64,000 bases of DNA, taken from Callorhinchus milii. Its lineage: Eukaryota. Positions 14,036 to 26,904 of the stretch are shown here, piece after piece. Position 1 is the first letter of the stretch. Every line of letters starts with the position of its first letter. The translations under genes and the position numbers were made by a program. The notes beneath the pieces are model-generated. The model was given only the letters and a program-made list of their open reading frames with translations. It made no database searches and was not told where the DNA came from. Location: contig NW_024704742.1 of the NCBI RefSeq assembly GCF_018977255.1, positions 90,336,001-90,400,000 on the forward strand, read 5' to 3'.

Positions 14036-14659
14036 CTTACTGTTTTTTGATTGGAAACTGAATGGGACTCAGGAGAATGTACAATTTAGGCGATTATACA
14101 ATTTATAAAGGTAAGACTTATGCAAATTTTACTCTCATCATTGGGCCATCTAGTGGCAGACCTGAGAGCTGTCAATTAAACGCTTGGAGTGAGTCCAATG
14201 TAATTCCCATCTGTGGTATTTAGAGTGTGGGTGAGAATTGCAGCACTCTGGGAACCACCTGCTCCAGGTGCAGTGAGGAGCAAGACTCTCGTGTGAATCA
14301 CCCTGGCTCAGCTCCCATGTATACTTCATGTTTGGCTGTGAATTTTTATCCAATGTCAGCACAAACACAGCATAATTATCCAGAAGTTGAAAACAAACAG
14401 TTCTGTTGTGAGACAGGAGCCCACTGCAGTCTGGAGACAGCTGCCAACAATTGCCTACACAACATGATCTGCTTCATTAATGTCAGGTAAAACACAAATA
14501 ACCTGTTTGTTGCCCAAGCAATTGTGTCAGCAAATGATTCTAGTGACCCACTCACTCCTTTGGCTTTTCTATTGTGACAAGATTAAAACTCTTCATGAGC
14601 CCGTTATTTCATGTAAACAAACAATGCTTAAAGCAGATTTAGTCTCATTAGTACTCAAA

Positions 14660-16080
14660 TACATTAGAATACATTAGAATATACAGCTCAGAAACAGGGC
14701 ATTCAGCCCAACTGGTCCATCCCGGTGTTTATGCTCCACTTGAGTCCACTTGAGTCTCCTCCTGCCCTTCCTCAACTAAGCCTTCAAAACATAACCTTCT
14801 ATTCCTTTCTCTCTCATATACCTATCTAGCTTTCCCTTAAATACATCTATGCTATTTGCCTCAAAAACTCCTTGTGGAAGCATGTTCCACATTTCCACTA
14901 GTCTCTGTGTGAAGAAATTTCTTCTAACTTCCCTATTTGATCTATTTGTGACTATTTTATATTGACGGCCATTGGTTTTAGTCTCCCCCTCAAGTGGAAA
15001 CATCTTCCCTATGTCTACCCTATCAAAACCTTTCATCATTTTAAGACCTCTATCAGGTCACCCCTTACCCTCCTCTTTCAAGAGAAAAGAGTCCAAACAT
15101 GTTCAGTCTTTCCTGATAGGTATAACAGATGACAGATCTGGGATCATCCTTTTGAATCGCCTTTGCACCCTCTGCAGTGCCTCCACATCCCTTCTATAAT
15201 GTGGGGACCAGAACTGCACACAGCATTCTAAGTGTGGTCTGACCGATGTTCTATAGAGGTTTACCATAACTTCCCTGCTTTTCATTTCTATCCCTCTAGA
15301 AATTAACCCCAATGCCCGGTTTGCATCTTTTATGACCTTATTAACCCACATTGCCACTTTTAGTGAATTGTGTATGTGTACCCCTGGATCCCTTTGCTCC
15401 CCTACCCCGTTTAGGTTTTTATTTTCCAGGATGTATGTGACTTCCTTAATTCCTCTACCAAAATGTGCCACCTCACACTTTTCTACATTGAAATGCATTT
15501 GCCATTTAAATGCCCATTCAGTAAGTTTATTAATGTCTTGCTGTAATTTGTTACAGTCCTCCTCTGTATTAAATACTCCACCCAATTAGGTGTCGTCCGC
15601 AAATTTTTAAATGTACTGCTGATTCCCGAATCCAATTCATTAATACATATTGTGAACAACAGTGGTCCCAATACCAATCCACCACTGCCCATCCCCTGCC
15701 AGTCTGAGTAGTTACCCTTTATCCCGACACTCTGTTTTTTGTTTTGTAGCCAGTTTGCTATCCATTCTGCTATTTTCCCCCTGACTTCACATACTCTGAC
15801 CTTATTCATTAGTCTATTATGTGGTACCTTGCCTTTTGGAAATCTAAATATATTACATCTACCGCATTACCTTTGTCTACTCTTTCTGTTACCCCTTCAA
15901 AGAATTCAATGAGGTTAGTCAAGCATGACCTTCCTTTTTGAAATCCGTGCTGACTATTCTTTATTATGTTTTCTGTTTCTAGATGTTTTTCCATTACCTC
16001 CTTCAGTAAGGATTTCCTACCACCGATGTTAAGCTGACAGGTCTATAGTTCCCTGGGCTTGTTCTATCTTCCTTTTTAAA
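14660..16080 (-). mobile_element. CR1-clade LINE, 5'-truncated and frameshifted
   Basis: ORFs contain SQHGFQKGRSCLTNLIEFFE, VDVIYLDFQKA, RPHLECCVQFWSPHY and RRNFFTQR; (attagaatac) tail repeats on +. Confidence 0.93.
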
Positions 16081-16239
16081 TGTGAATACTTGTATACTGT
16101 ACATCTGAAGGTGTTTGACAGCATTGCAAAGTGAATACAAGTGGCAGTTGAACAATAAACACATGTGATAGATAGTCTTCTAAAAGTTTAAAGTTTTTTT
16201 TCAAAAAAGCTTGAGTATATTTGAAACTTATTTTATGTC

Positions 16240-19200
16240 ACAACAACAATAACTTGGATTTATATAGCGCCCTCAACGCCGGACGGCGTCTCAGAGCGCT
16301 TTATAGTAACGGATCCCGGGAACGAGCCAGGGGGAGGGGGAGGAAGGTAACGAAAGGCGCGGTCGAAAAGAAAGATCTTCAGCAAAGACCTGAAAATAGG
16401 AAGGGAGGGAGCGAGATGAAGGGAGTGAGGAAGGGAGTTCCAGAGCCTCGGGGCATAGTGGCTGAAGGCACGGCCGCCGAGGGTGGAGCAGAGGACTCGG
16501 GGGACGAGGAGGAGGCCAGACCCGGAGGAACGAAGACAACGTGTACTGTTTTGAGGAGAGAGGAGGTCAGAGAGTTAGGGGGGTGCAGAGGAGTGCAGGG
16601 ACTTGAATACAAGGGTGAGGATCTTGAAGTCGATCCTCTCTGGGATAGGCAGCCAGAGCAGTCTGGCAAGGACTGGGGTAATCGGGGAGTGGAGTTTTGT
16701 GCGGGTAAGAATGCGGGCGGAATGATTTGGATTTTATGGATGGTAGTGGATGGGAGGCCGGCGAGGAGGGCGTTGGAGTAATCCAGCCAAGAGGTGACAA
16801 AGGCATGGACCAGGGTTTCAGCGGCTTTTGGGGAGAGGTATTGGCGGAGACGGGCAATGCGTCGGAGGTGGTAGAAGGCGGTGCTGGTGAGGGACCGGAT
16901 GTGGGGGAGGAAGGATAATTGGGGGTCGAACCTGACGCCTAGGCTGCGTACGGGTTCGGAGAGTTTTAGGGGGAGGTCAGCTAGGTGAAGGAGGTGAGAG
17001 CCATGAGAATTTAGACGTTGACGAGAGCCAAAGAGTATGGCTTCAATCTTGTCAATGTTCAGCTGAAGGAAGTTTGCGCTCATCCAGCCCCTGAGGTCTG
17101 ACAGACAGGCTGACCGAACATCAGGGGACTGGGGATCGCAAGAAAAGGTGGAAAAATAGAGTTGGGTGTCATCTGCATACATATGGAAATGTACCCCATG
17201 TCTACGGATGACATCCCCAAGAGGGAGCATGTAGATCAGAGAGAGGAGGGGGCCAAGGATGGATCCTTGGGGTACCCCGCAGGTGACCGGGTGAGAGCGG
17301 GAGGAGAAGCCGTTTGTGCAGATGTACTGCTGGCGGTTTGTGAGGTAGGCCTCGAACCAGGCGAGTGCGGTCCCACTGAGGTGGATGACGGAGGAAAGGC
17401 GGTGGAGGAGGATGGCGTGATTGACTGTGTCGAATGTGGTAGAGAGGTCCAGGAGAACAAGGAGGCAGAGGGAGCCCTGGTCACAGATAGAGAGGATGTC
17501 GTTTGTGACTTTCACAAGCGCAGTCTCTGTACTGGGGGCAGGGCGGAAACCGGACTGGAGGGGTTCGAAGAGGGATTGGGAGGAGAGGTGTGTGCGAAGT
17601 AGATTGGCAACAATGCCTTCTAGGACTTTTGAGAGGAAGGGCAGGTTAGAAATAGGGCGGGAGTGGCTGGGGTTTGAGGGAATCTAGGGAGGGTTTTTTC
17701 AGGAGGGAGGTGATGACAGCAGTTTTGAGGGAGGCAGGGACTGATCCGGAGGAGAGGGATTGGTTGATGATGTCAGCCAGTGGTGGGCAGAGGAGGGGGA
17801 GCTGGGTGACCAGAAAGTTGGTGGGGAGGGGGTCGAGGCAGCAGGTGGTAGGTTTCACGGAGGTGATGGTGAGTGAGAGGGAGGAGGGAGAGATGGGGAA
17901 AAGGAATGTAGAATGGGGGTGGTGGTAGGAGCAGATGATGAGGAAGGTGAGGGGGACAGAGAGGGCGTGGTGGTGGGTGACAAGGGACAGGTGGATGAGG
18001 CTGCCTGGCGGATGTTAAGTATTTTAGAAGAAAAGAAGTCCATGACCTCCTTGCACTTGGCATTTGATATGAAGATTGAGGAGGCCTGAGGGGGGCACGG
18101 AGGAGGTAGTGGTTGGTGAAAAAAAGGATTTTAGGGTTATGTTTAGCCTCCAAGATAATGTTGGAGTAGAAGGCCGTTTTTGTGCATGTCAAGGAACGGT
18201 GGTAGCTGTGGAGATGCTCGAGCCACAGTTGGCGGTGAACTGTCAGGCCAGTTTTCCACCATTGGACTCGAGCAGACGGGTTTGGGTTTTTGGCGACGGA
18301 GATTGTTGTTGTACCAGGGGGATCGGGTGGGTTTGGAGATGGTCATAGATTTCAGGGGCACGAGGGAGTGGAAGGTGGAGGAGCGGCGATCATGGAGCAG
18401 CTGGACGGCTGCTTCAGGATTTCCGCGGGTGGAGGGCCAGAGGGATAGGATGTTGGATGATGTGAGAGCCTTTGTGAGGGCTTGATGGAGGAGGGCAGTA
18501 GAGGATGGTTGAGGGCTTGATGGAGGAGAGAGAGATGTGAGAGGAGAAGGAGATGAAAAAGTGGTCAGAAATGTCAAGACCATGGGTGATGACGAGGTCA
18601 AGTGCATGACCGCGGTTGTGGGTGGATGAATTTATATGGAGGGTAAGGTTTAGGGAGGAGAGGAGGGCAGTGAAATCGGCAGAAGTGGTGCAAGGGGAGT
18701 TTAGGTGGAGGTTGAAATCGCCCATTATGAGTAGGTGCTCAGAGCAGAGGGACAAGGAAGAGAGGAGGTTAGAAATGTCTGTGTGGAAGGAGCCGGGGGG
18801 CTGGGGGGGGGGGCGGTAGACAAGGAGGATTTTCAAAGGGAGAGAGGGGTGGAAGAGGGTGAGATGCTCGAAGGAGGAGAAGCAGCCAGAGGAGTAGGGG
18901 GTGAGACCAAGGGAGGCTTTGGAAATGAGAGCCACCCTGCTGCCACGTTGGTTTGGACGGGGGGTGTGGTGGAAGGTGTGAGGAGGGGAGGCTTCAACTA
19001 GGGGTACGGGGACATTGGGGGGGAGCCAAGTTTCGGTGAGCCCAAGAATGTCAAGGTGCTCGTCCAGGATGAGGTCGTGGATGATGAGGGCTTTATTTGA
19101 GAGGGAGGCGGACATTTTGGAGGGAAATGCAGGTGGGTTTGCTGGAGGGAAGGGAGAGAGGAAATAGTGGTGCAGAGAGGATTTTGGGGTGTACAGGAGA

Positions 19201-19670
19201 TGGCTGTGGAGAGCGGTGTGAGTGGAGAGTTGGGGAGGGTACGTATGAGAGAGGGGGAAGTTGGATATGCCTTAAGGAGGCGGTTTGAATGGAGGGAGTG
19301 AATAATTGGACCCTTGAGGTTGCTGCTCTGGGACAGCCAATGCCGGGAGCTACGATGGGCCCGGCGGAGGATTCCCAGGCTGGAGCAGAGGGAAGTGGTG
19401 ATGGAGTCGAAGGGAGAGAAGGCGGGGAGGGCAGTGGGAGAGAAGGACAGAGGGGGAGTAGCAGATAGAGAGAGGTGGGAGGAGAGACATAGAAGGGGGT
19501 GAGAGGAGAGACATAGAGGGGGGGTGGGAAGAGAGACATTTAGGGGGAGGCTTGGGTTGGGGCAGTAGCCAAAATGCACACGCAGAGACCGGGAGCGAGA
19601 GATCAGCAGGACAGCATCAGCCCTCAGGCTTAGCCTCCCAGGTCATGGCCGAGTGGCAGTGGCTGCCAGG
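16240..19670 (-). mobile_element. Near full-length but frameshifted L2-clade LINE (family B), with APE endonuclease, RT and 3' tail
   Basis: ORF 18414..19115 has LGLTETWL, VYRPP and IMGDFNLH. ORF 16379..17515 has GVPQGSILGP and YADDTQLY. (GTT)n-like tail near 16240-16252. The 5' limit is approximate. Confidence 0.92.
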
Positions 19671-22600
19671 CCATTGTTGTTGTTGTTGGTCACAATGGTT
19701 CTGCAACATCAATATCTTTTTGGTTGGGTAACTCTGGAAATTTACAATAATAATCCTTACATTTGGTGTAGTGCCTTTCACATCGGGTGATCATCTCAAA
19801 GCACTTCACAGGATAAACAGTAGAGTGGAGTGACTGTATGTTTTGTTGGCGAACATCTTAAAGGTTTGTCTAGGTTTGCCATGAAGGAACAGTCAAATTG
19901 ATGACTTGTCTAAACCATTTCAGTACACTACTCTTCAACCATGTGCTACTTTCAGATTTGATTTTACTCTAAATCAGAATCCTACATTAAAATACATAGA
20001 CAGTTTTCACCTGTTAAATTGTAATCTTATACAGTGTGTTGTTAGGAAGTTGCCTCATTTTCTGGTTAAGGGGATATGTAGGTGATCAGACAGACATAGA
20101 CAGATTGGGAGGAGATTAGGGTGAACTAGCAGATTGTTTACAACAACAACTTGCACTTATATAGCGCCCTCCATGCAGGGTAGCATCTCAGAGCACTTAC
20201 TTACATTCCCATTTATGTTTGTATAGCGCCTTTCACTTCGGGAGGATGCATCAAAGCACTTTACAGTGCTGGACAAGCAATGAGCTGAGGGTAGGAGCCA
20301 AGGGAGTGGAGAGGGGAAAGATTACCAAAAGTGCGGTCAAAGAAGAGAGGGAGACAGCATTTCTAATGGGAATCAACTCCAGCCTTCAGCCAGCATCCAA
20401 ACCTGCTGTAGGGAGATTTATGGTCACAGCAGCCATCAGAGCACCCAGTGGAACAGCATGTTGCTGCATAAGCATGTTAAATCATTGAGCTGCCAGCTTG
20501 GGTATGGGGAATAGATTGTCTGACATGAAATACATCTGGAGCTGGCAGAGAGTTAAGATGGGTTTTCCAGAGTAACTTGATTTGTGCTTTAAAGTCTTGT
20601 CCAATTGTTGACCATATTCAGTGTGCAATGTAAATGTAGGGTGAGGAACATTACCAATAACGAAACATCAATCACCTTTGTGAATTACAGAAACTGGATG
20701 TTTACGGCAGGTAGGTGGTAAACCAAACTGACAAGAGGAACAGAGCTAATGTTTTCTTAAAGGCAAAACTAGCTTGTCTTGTCATTTCCCAATAGCTATT
20801 TTCTCTAACTCAGGGGATCATCCTTGTTGCTCTCTTCTGCACTGCCTCTTGGGCCTGGACAGCCCCTTATGTCGCAGTGACCAGAACTGTATACAGTGTT
20901 CAGGTGCGGTCTGACCAGAGCAGTGTACAGCCTGAGTCTGGGGATCTAAACTCAACTGATTGAGCAATAATAATAATAATCCTTGCATTTGATATAGCGC
21001 TTTTCATGTCTTCTAGACGTCTCAAAGCGCTTTTATAGTCCAACATCCTTGTTTATTGCTGCCTCATTTTGTTCTGACACAGTGAGCAAAAAGTCAATTA
21101 ACATCCCTTGATCACTTTCAGCGAATTCCTTGGCGAATTCAATCCCATCCATGGATTACTTGTGTTTCCTGTTCTTGGATCCTATCTGTAGTACCTTGTA
21201 CTTATCTGTATTAAACTTCATTTACCAGTTATCAGTCCATTTGCATGTGGGTTTTATACAGATCCAGTTTACAATTGAAACACATCAAGTACGGAGCTTC
21301 ATATCACAAGTAGTTAAAGTCTAAACCTGGAACTAATGTGCAAAACAATCATGGTCTTTGTTGCATGGGCATGCTTCATCCTTAATGTGCCTTCTCTCAA
21401 ACATTCTGTAGCAATATGTAGCCTCATGTTTCCCCTTCAAACCAAACTATTATCAATTCCATATGTGTATGTGCTATTGTAAGTTTCAGTGTTTCTTTCA
21501 TGTACAGCTATCCTCTAATAAAGGTCAAATATCTGAAATTCCCCAAAAGCCGGGCACAGTGGTTTACTTTTTTTAAAATCAGTGCATTATAGTCATGATA
21601 GTGCTGTTCTGATTTTAAGGTGACATTATTTTTCCCATCTAATAACCATTCAGTATTTCTCCCTATTTTAATTCTGCGAGCACTGAATGCTTCAAAGTTG
21701 GTACAGTAGCAATCTGTAAAACTTATTCCCTAATTTACCATAGATAATTCTGAAACATTACCCTGAGTATAACAATATAACACACAGTGTTGCTCAGAAT
21801 AATTAGACAGATGTCAATTCAGTTCTTGGTGAATTCACTTCTTAGTGCACTGCTTAAAATGTTAATAAAATGAAAACCTGTTGATTTACTTTTCAGCATC
21901 AGATTTTTTTTGTTGTTGCATTTTTCCATTAGTTTCACTTCTTCAAGGTGAAATGGCCAAAGTCAATCCTGCTCTGATCTTAACTGACAAGATGCAAACC
22001 ATGTATTCTATGCTTAGCTAATGACAAACAAGTCCATTCACCCTGTACTCAGCCACAGAGCTAAGATATGTACATTAGTCCATGCTTAGCTAATAATAAT
22101 AATAGGAGTAAAGCCAAATTATTCTGTGCTTAACTAACTGCAGAGACAAACAAAGTCAGTAAGTCTCTCATCATCTTTCCTCCCCACGTACTCCCAAAGT
22201 AAGACACAGTATTTCAGAAATTTGAGAAAAGACTGGTACGCCTGAATAGAAGATTTCTGTATCAGGTAGAACTCCAAACCAAAATCATGGCACTGCAGTG
22301 ACAGACCCTCCAACCCTTTAAACACAGACACTTAACAAACAGTTTACAGGTTAATAAGACACACACAAGTAAGTATTCTTATTGTAGACAAGTCTGTATA
22401 AATAGTCTTGCAAACAATGCCAGCTAACAAATCTAAAAGCAAACAACAACTTGCATTTATATAGCTCTCTTCACACGGGGCAGCATCTTGGAGCGCTGGC
22501 TAAGAGCAAAGTACATTAACACAGCTCTGTGTAAAAGTTACATGGGACAATATCTGAAATCAAATGATTTCTAAATAGTTTATCTGCTTGAATCAATTTT

Positions 22601-22730
22601 TGTCATGACAAAAACTTAAAGATGGATCTTTGACCAAATAGAGAACCTGGAAAAGGTTACAGACAGATTCCAGTGATTTTACGTATGGTTTTAAAACACA
22701 GTGGCATGATGCCAGTCATTTCTGTCTTAC

Positions 22731-22834
22731 CTCTGATCCAACTGGACAGAGAGTTCCTGGTAGATCTGTCCAGCTTGCTTATGATACTCTACCTGGGCTT
22801 GTACCAATGCTGTAAGTTGGCTGACTTGCTCAAT
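22731..22834 (-). CDS. SH3GL2: Endophilin-A1-like coding exon 7 ([35 protein letters not shown])
   Basis: 104 nt, translated by hand. tttcag| acceptor and |gtaaga donor; last BAR helix. Confidence 0.93.
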
Positions 22835-23110
22835 CTGAAAGCAGTAATAAAGCAATCGATTAATTCAATAACATTAGGGTACATGAGGAGATTTCACTAT
22901 GGAAGTGTATTAACAGCCTGAACCATTCCCAGCTCTTAAATGCCACCAGTCTTGTCACAGACTCTGCAATGCCATTTAGGATATTTCCACAAATATGATC
23001 TTACGTTGCAGCACAATGAATTGGTGACCAACCTTTATGGTCGACCAACAAAATACATTTTCTTGATTGAGTATTTCTTGATGTTTGCCTTAAATCACAT
23101 TATAAATCAC

Positions 23111-23157
23111 ATCACTTCTTGGCCTAAGATCAAGTGTAATATCTATTCTTATCAGTT
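23111..23157 (+). pseudogene. 3'-truncated U2 snRNA fragment
   Basis: atcacttcttggcc-taagatcaagtgtaatatctattcttatcagtt aligns to U2 nt 1-54 (ATCGCTTCTCGGCCTTTTGGCTAAGATCAAGTGTAGTATCTGTTCTTATCAGTT) with a 7-nt deletion and 4 transitions. Confidence 0.85.
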
Positions 23158-24748
23158 ACTCTTTGGGCTAGCGGCTGCCAAAAAGTTCTCCTATTGAGAT
23201 TCTACTTCTGAACGCCAGCACAACCAATTTCACCCAAAAATGAGAGGGTTATGGGAAGGATTGAGCTCCTGGTAACAGCCCTCTGTTGGTTAGGACCGGA
23301 AATTTATATAAGAAATGCTAGATGAAAAAAAGACCAAAGTCCATCCAGTTTGCCTCCCACCTTCCTGCCGGTCGCCTACACATATGTCCCAAATACTTAT
23401 GTACTATATTCCATAATGTTATTTCGTAAAAGAAAACTATATAATCTGTGTTTGCAGGAATCAACACTTCCTGCTTCAACCGTCTCCCTTGGGAGCCTGT
23501 TCCAGTTTGCTATTTGCTCATTAAAATAGTGAGCAAATATTCGCTCACTGTTTCAGTGTATCATTATTTCAGAATGTGTTTATCACAGCTGTGTACTGCA
23601 AGGATGAAACGCATTAACAAAGGATTAGAGATTATACATCAATATTAAAAAAAACTGTGTTGCGTAAAAAAGGCAGATACTATGGGAAATCTGGTTTAAA
23701 ATGGTAACATGCTACTATATGGATCTTCAAACTCTACAGGGCATAGTAAACAAGCATGCTGGACAGCACCTTACGGTATTGAAATTTCAAGAACAAGAGA
23801 AAGTGTTTCAGTTCCTACTAAACCTCTAAAATACAAATTTACATTTATAAAGTGCCTTTCATGGTGGGAGGATGTTCCAAAGCGCAAAGCATTGTGGCGA
23901 AGATGATACAGAAAAGTGGCATAGTTTTCTTAAAACAAAGGAAATATATCATTGGTGAAAATATTCCAGTAATGAAATGTCTGCCTTATTTTCTTTGAAC
24001 TATAATGACTGCTTGCACCTTATTTGAGAGCCTTTCTCACAGCCACCACTGAACTGGCTTGTGATATATCTACCATTTGGTGGCGCTGCATGTCCAACTG
24101 TGCTTGCTGTATACTGTGGTGTAAACTGTCGGAAATGTCCCTTGTTGAATTCTCCAATGTGCATAATGTCAGCAGTGGTTAATGTACTGTAGAATATGGT
24201 AAATATGGTGTGTTTAAAAAAAACATTGAATGTGCTTCTATCAATGCCGCCATCAATGCCGTTTTGAGAACATCTGTCAAATCCAGGATAACCAATTATA
24301 TGCATCGCTGGTTACAAAAAAACAAAGTTCAAAACTAACTCAAAGGCCGCAAAGATGCAGTGTACTAACGGCGAGCAAGCACTGATCCCAGAAAGCTAAT
24401 GTAATCTCAGGGCTCAGATGACTAGCACAAATTGTTTGAGCTCCACTTGTTGATGGTAGCATCTGAACACCACTGCAGCATGCTAACCCGCTCTCAGGTT
24501 GGCATTATTCTCTGTGTAAAATCTCCACTCAAAACACTTAAGCCAGCCTGGCTCATCAGCAGGACCTGGAAGGGCAGACCAGTCACTGGGGACAGTGAGT
24601 CATCCCCCTCAGCTCCTGTTAACCCTGCAGGTCGAAGCCCTAATGGGTAGGATGGTCCTAGCTGGACAAGCAGTGGAAAAGCTTGTCAGACAGCAATATC
24701 AATGGCAAGCTATGCGATTTTAGCTGGTTAGACTCTGGCAGTTACCCA

Positions 24749-24923
24749 CAACAACAACAAGATTTAATTTATAGAATGCCTTTCACGTCGGGAGGACGTC
24801 CCAAGGCGCTGTACAGTTGGGTCAGGACCCGAGCAGGGGGGAAATGGTCAGGGGAGGGGAGGGAAGGGAGGGAGCGAGGAGGGGATGGAGAGTCGAGAGG
24901 GGAGCTGAAGGCACGGCCAAAGA
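24749..24923 (-). mobile_element. L2 family A 3' end
   Basis: caacaacaacaaga...tttcacgtcgggaggacgtcccaaggcgctg is the reverse complement of the family A terminus. Confidence 0.88.
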
Positions 24924-26745
24924 GACGCACTGCTTAAGATGGTGATTTTTTAAAAAAAATCTCATTCATTTATTCAATCAATGCCCCAGACAACAATCTG
25001 CTGCCGCAACGATTGGATAAAACATAAAAAGTGAGAAATCATTTGGTGGTGATTTACATTGATCCACTACAAAACAAAGCCAGCCATCATCTGTCTTAAC
25101 AACAGACAAAATACATTTAAGGGACGTTTTCGTCAGAAGTGTCCAGATTGCTAAAATCCCCACACGATAAAGGGTTGATTTGAAAATACATTGAAAATTA
25201 GTAAGAAGCATTCAATTACAGAGTGACTTTTCATAATAGTGGTTTCTAAATTGTTTACAAAGATATTATTTCTACAAGAGTTCAGTGGATATGAATACCT
25301 GCCATTATTTTGATGTCAAATAAGTGACCTGGAATCCTTTCATTGGCAGTTGATTCATAATTAAAGGAAACGTAATTCTTTTTGTATACATGTGGTTTCA
25401 CACGGTTAGAAAACTTGCAAAATAGACCCCATTGTGAATGGAATTAGGCCATTTGTAGTTAAGAGCAAGGAAGGCCATCAGAGGTGGAAACTTGAATGAA
25501 TGAATTCAAACTTAAAGTGCCAGGATCATCAATTCACATTTAGATTTCAGAATATGGGAACTTTTGATAGTAATTCTCTCCCATTCTCCTCCTAAAATCA
25601 AAGTGTACAAATTGGTATTGAAAGCTCTATGTAGCAGTGCACCAAAATATAATCTTCATCTGTTTAACTCGTATTCATCCAGAAAGAAAGCTCTTTACAG
25701 CTTTCCAATCAGCAATGAATTTGTATTGAATATGATAGAGAGGAAAATCTGAAAACAATTAATCTGAAGAGAGTTTTGATATGAATCTACACAGTATATG
25801 TGAAACAATGGGTAACATGGAGTAGTAATGGGAGTGAATCCAAGACTGCAATTTGATCAAGGAGTTCTGATATCATAAACCCAAAGGTTAAATTACAGCT
25901 TTAAAATCCACTATTTTTCATTAGTATACAGGATATTTCATCAATGTTTGGGAGCAATACAATATACATTTATACAGCGCTTTTCACGATGGGTGGACAA
26001 TACAACATAAAGAAAGATCTAATACCTGAGATCTGCAGGTATATTTCATATATATCAGTGCATTGTAGAAACAGATTTTGCTGTCAGCAACAGCTCAACT
26101 GCAGTGTAAGAAGGAAGTAAACAGTCATTGCTGCCAATAACCAGATGTGTGTTATGCCAACTCACAGGAATTCTGTTCCTTCACGATCCTAGAAGGATGT
26201 CACACTGGAGCAGAGTTCTTGCAAGTCAGCATGATGTCAAGACAGGTCATCATGACATCTGGTGACCATAAGGAAATCGTTATTTGTTACTCACAAATAT
26301 TGTGTTTTTAGACTGCAACATTGAAACCATTCACCAAATTACAATACTTTTGCACTACTTTAATTCCAATAGAGTCATATCCCAGCCCCACCTAACACTG
26401 GATCAGAGGGAAAATAAAAGGCCACACATACAATTCATTCACTCAGATGTCAGCAAGGCTGTGTGGTCTTAGCATGCAGTATGTGCATGTTTAATGGCTG
26501 AGGAAGTGGCATTGTTGGTATGAGCACTTGTGGGGCTGTAGTACATCTGCTGTCTCTCCAGGAAAAGGACAATGCATGGAGATAAAGCAGGTGTAGCTTG
26601 GATGGGGGGAGGGGGTGGGGGCTAGTAGGAAAGGAGAGAAACAGCAGACACTAAAAAAAAATACATTGAGTGTAAAAGCCTCAGAAAGGATTTGCTTATC
26701 AATGTAAGAGAACATAGCAAGCACAAGAGAACACAAGGTTCTTAC

Positions 26746-26904
26746 ATCACTCTCCAGAAGGTTAAACATGCTCGATTCAGCGATTTCCTTCGATTCATCA
26801 AACTTCTCCAGTGCTTGTCGAATCTCTTCCTCTGGGATTTTTCCCTGTCTCTTCTTTTTGTAGTCAAAGTCTAACCGCCTGCCCTCCAGTTTCTTCAGGT
26901 GATG
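26746..26904 (-). CDS. SH3GL2: Endophilin-A1-like coding exon 6 ([53 protein letters not shown])
   Basis: 159 nt, cag| acceptor and |gtaaga donor. Contains the BAR motif [14 protein letters not shown]. Confidence 0.95.

Noticed and set aside
22285..22315. Cryptic terminal exon in intron 7 (tgtgtttaaag|G GTT GGA...CCA TGA) that would give a BAR-only isoform
   Set aside because: The acceptor is weak (AAG, GT-rich tract) and there is no independent support. It would need RNA-seq junction reads.
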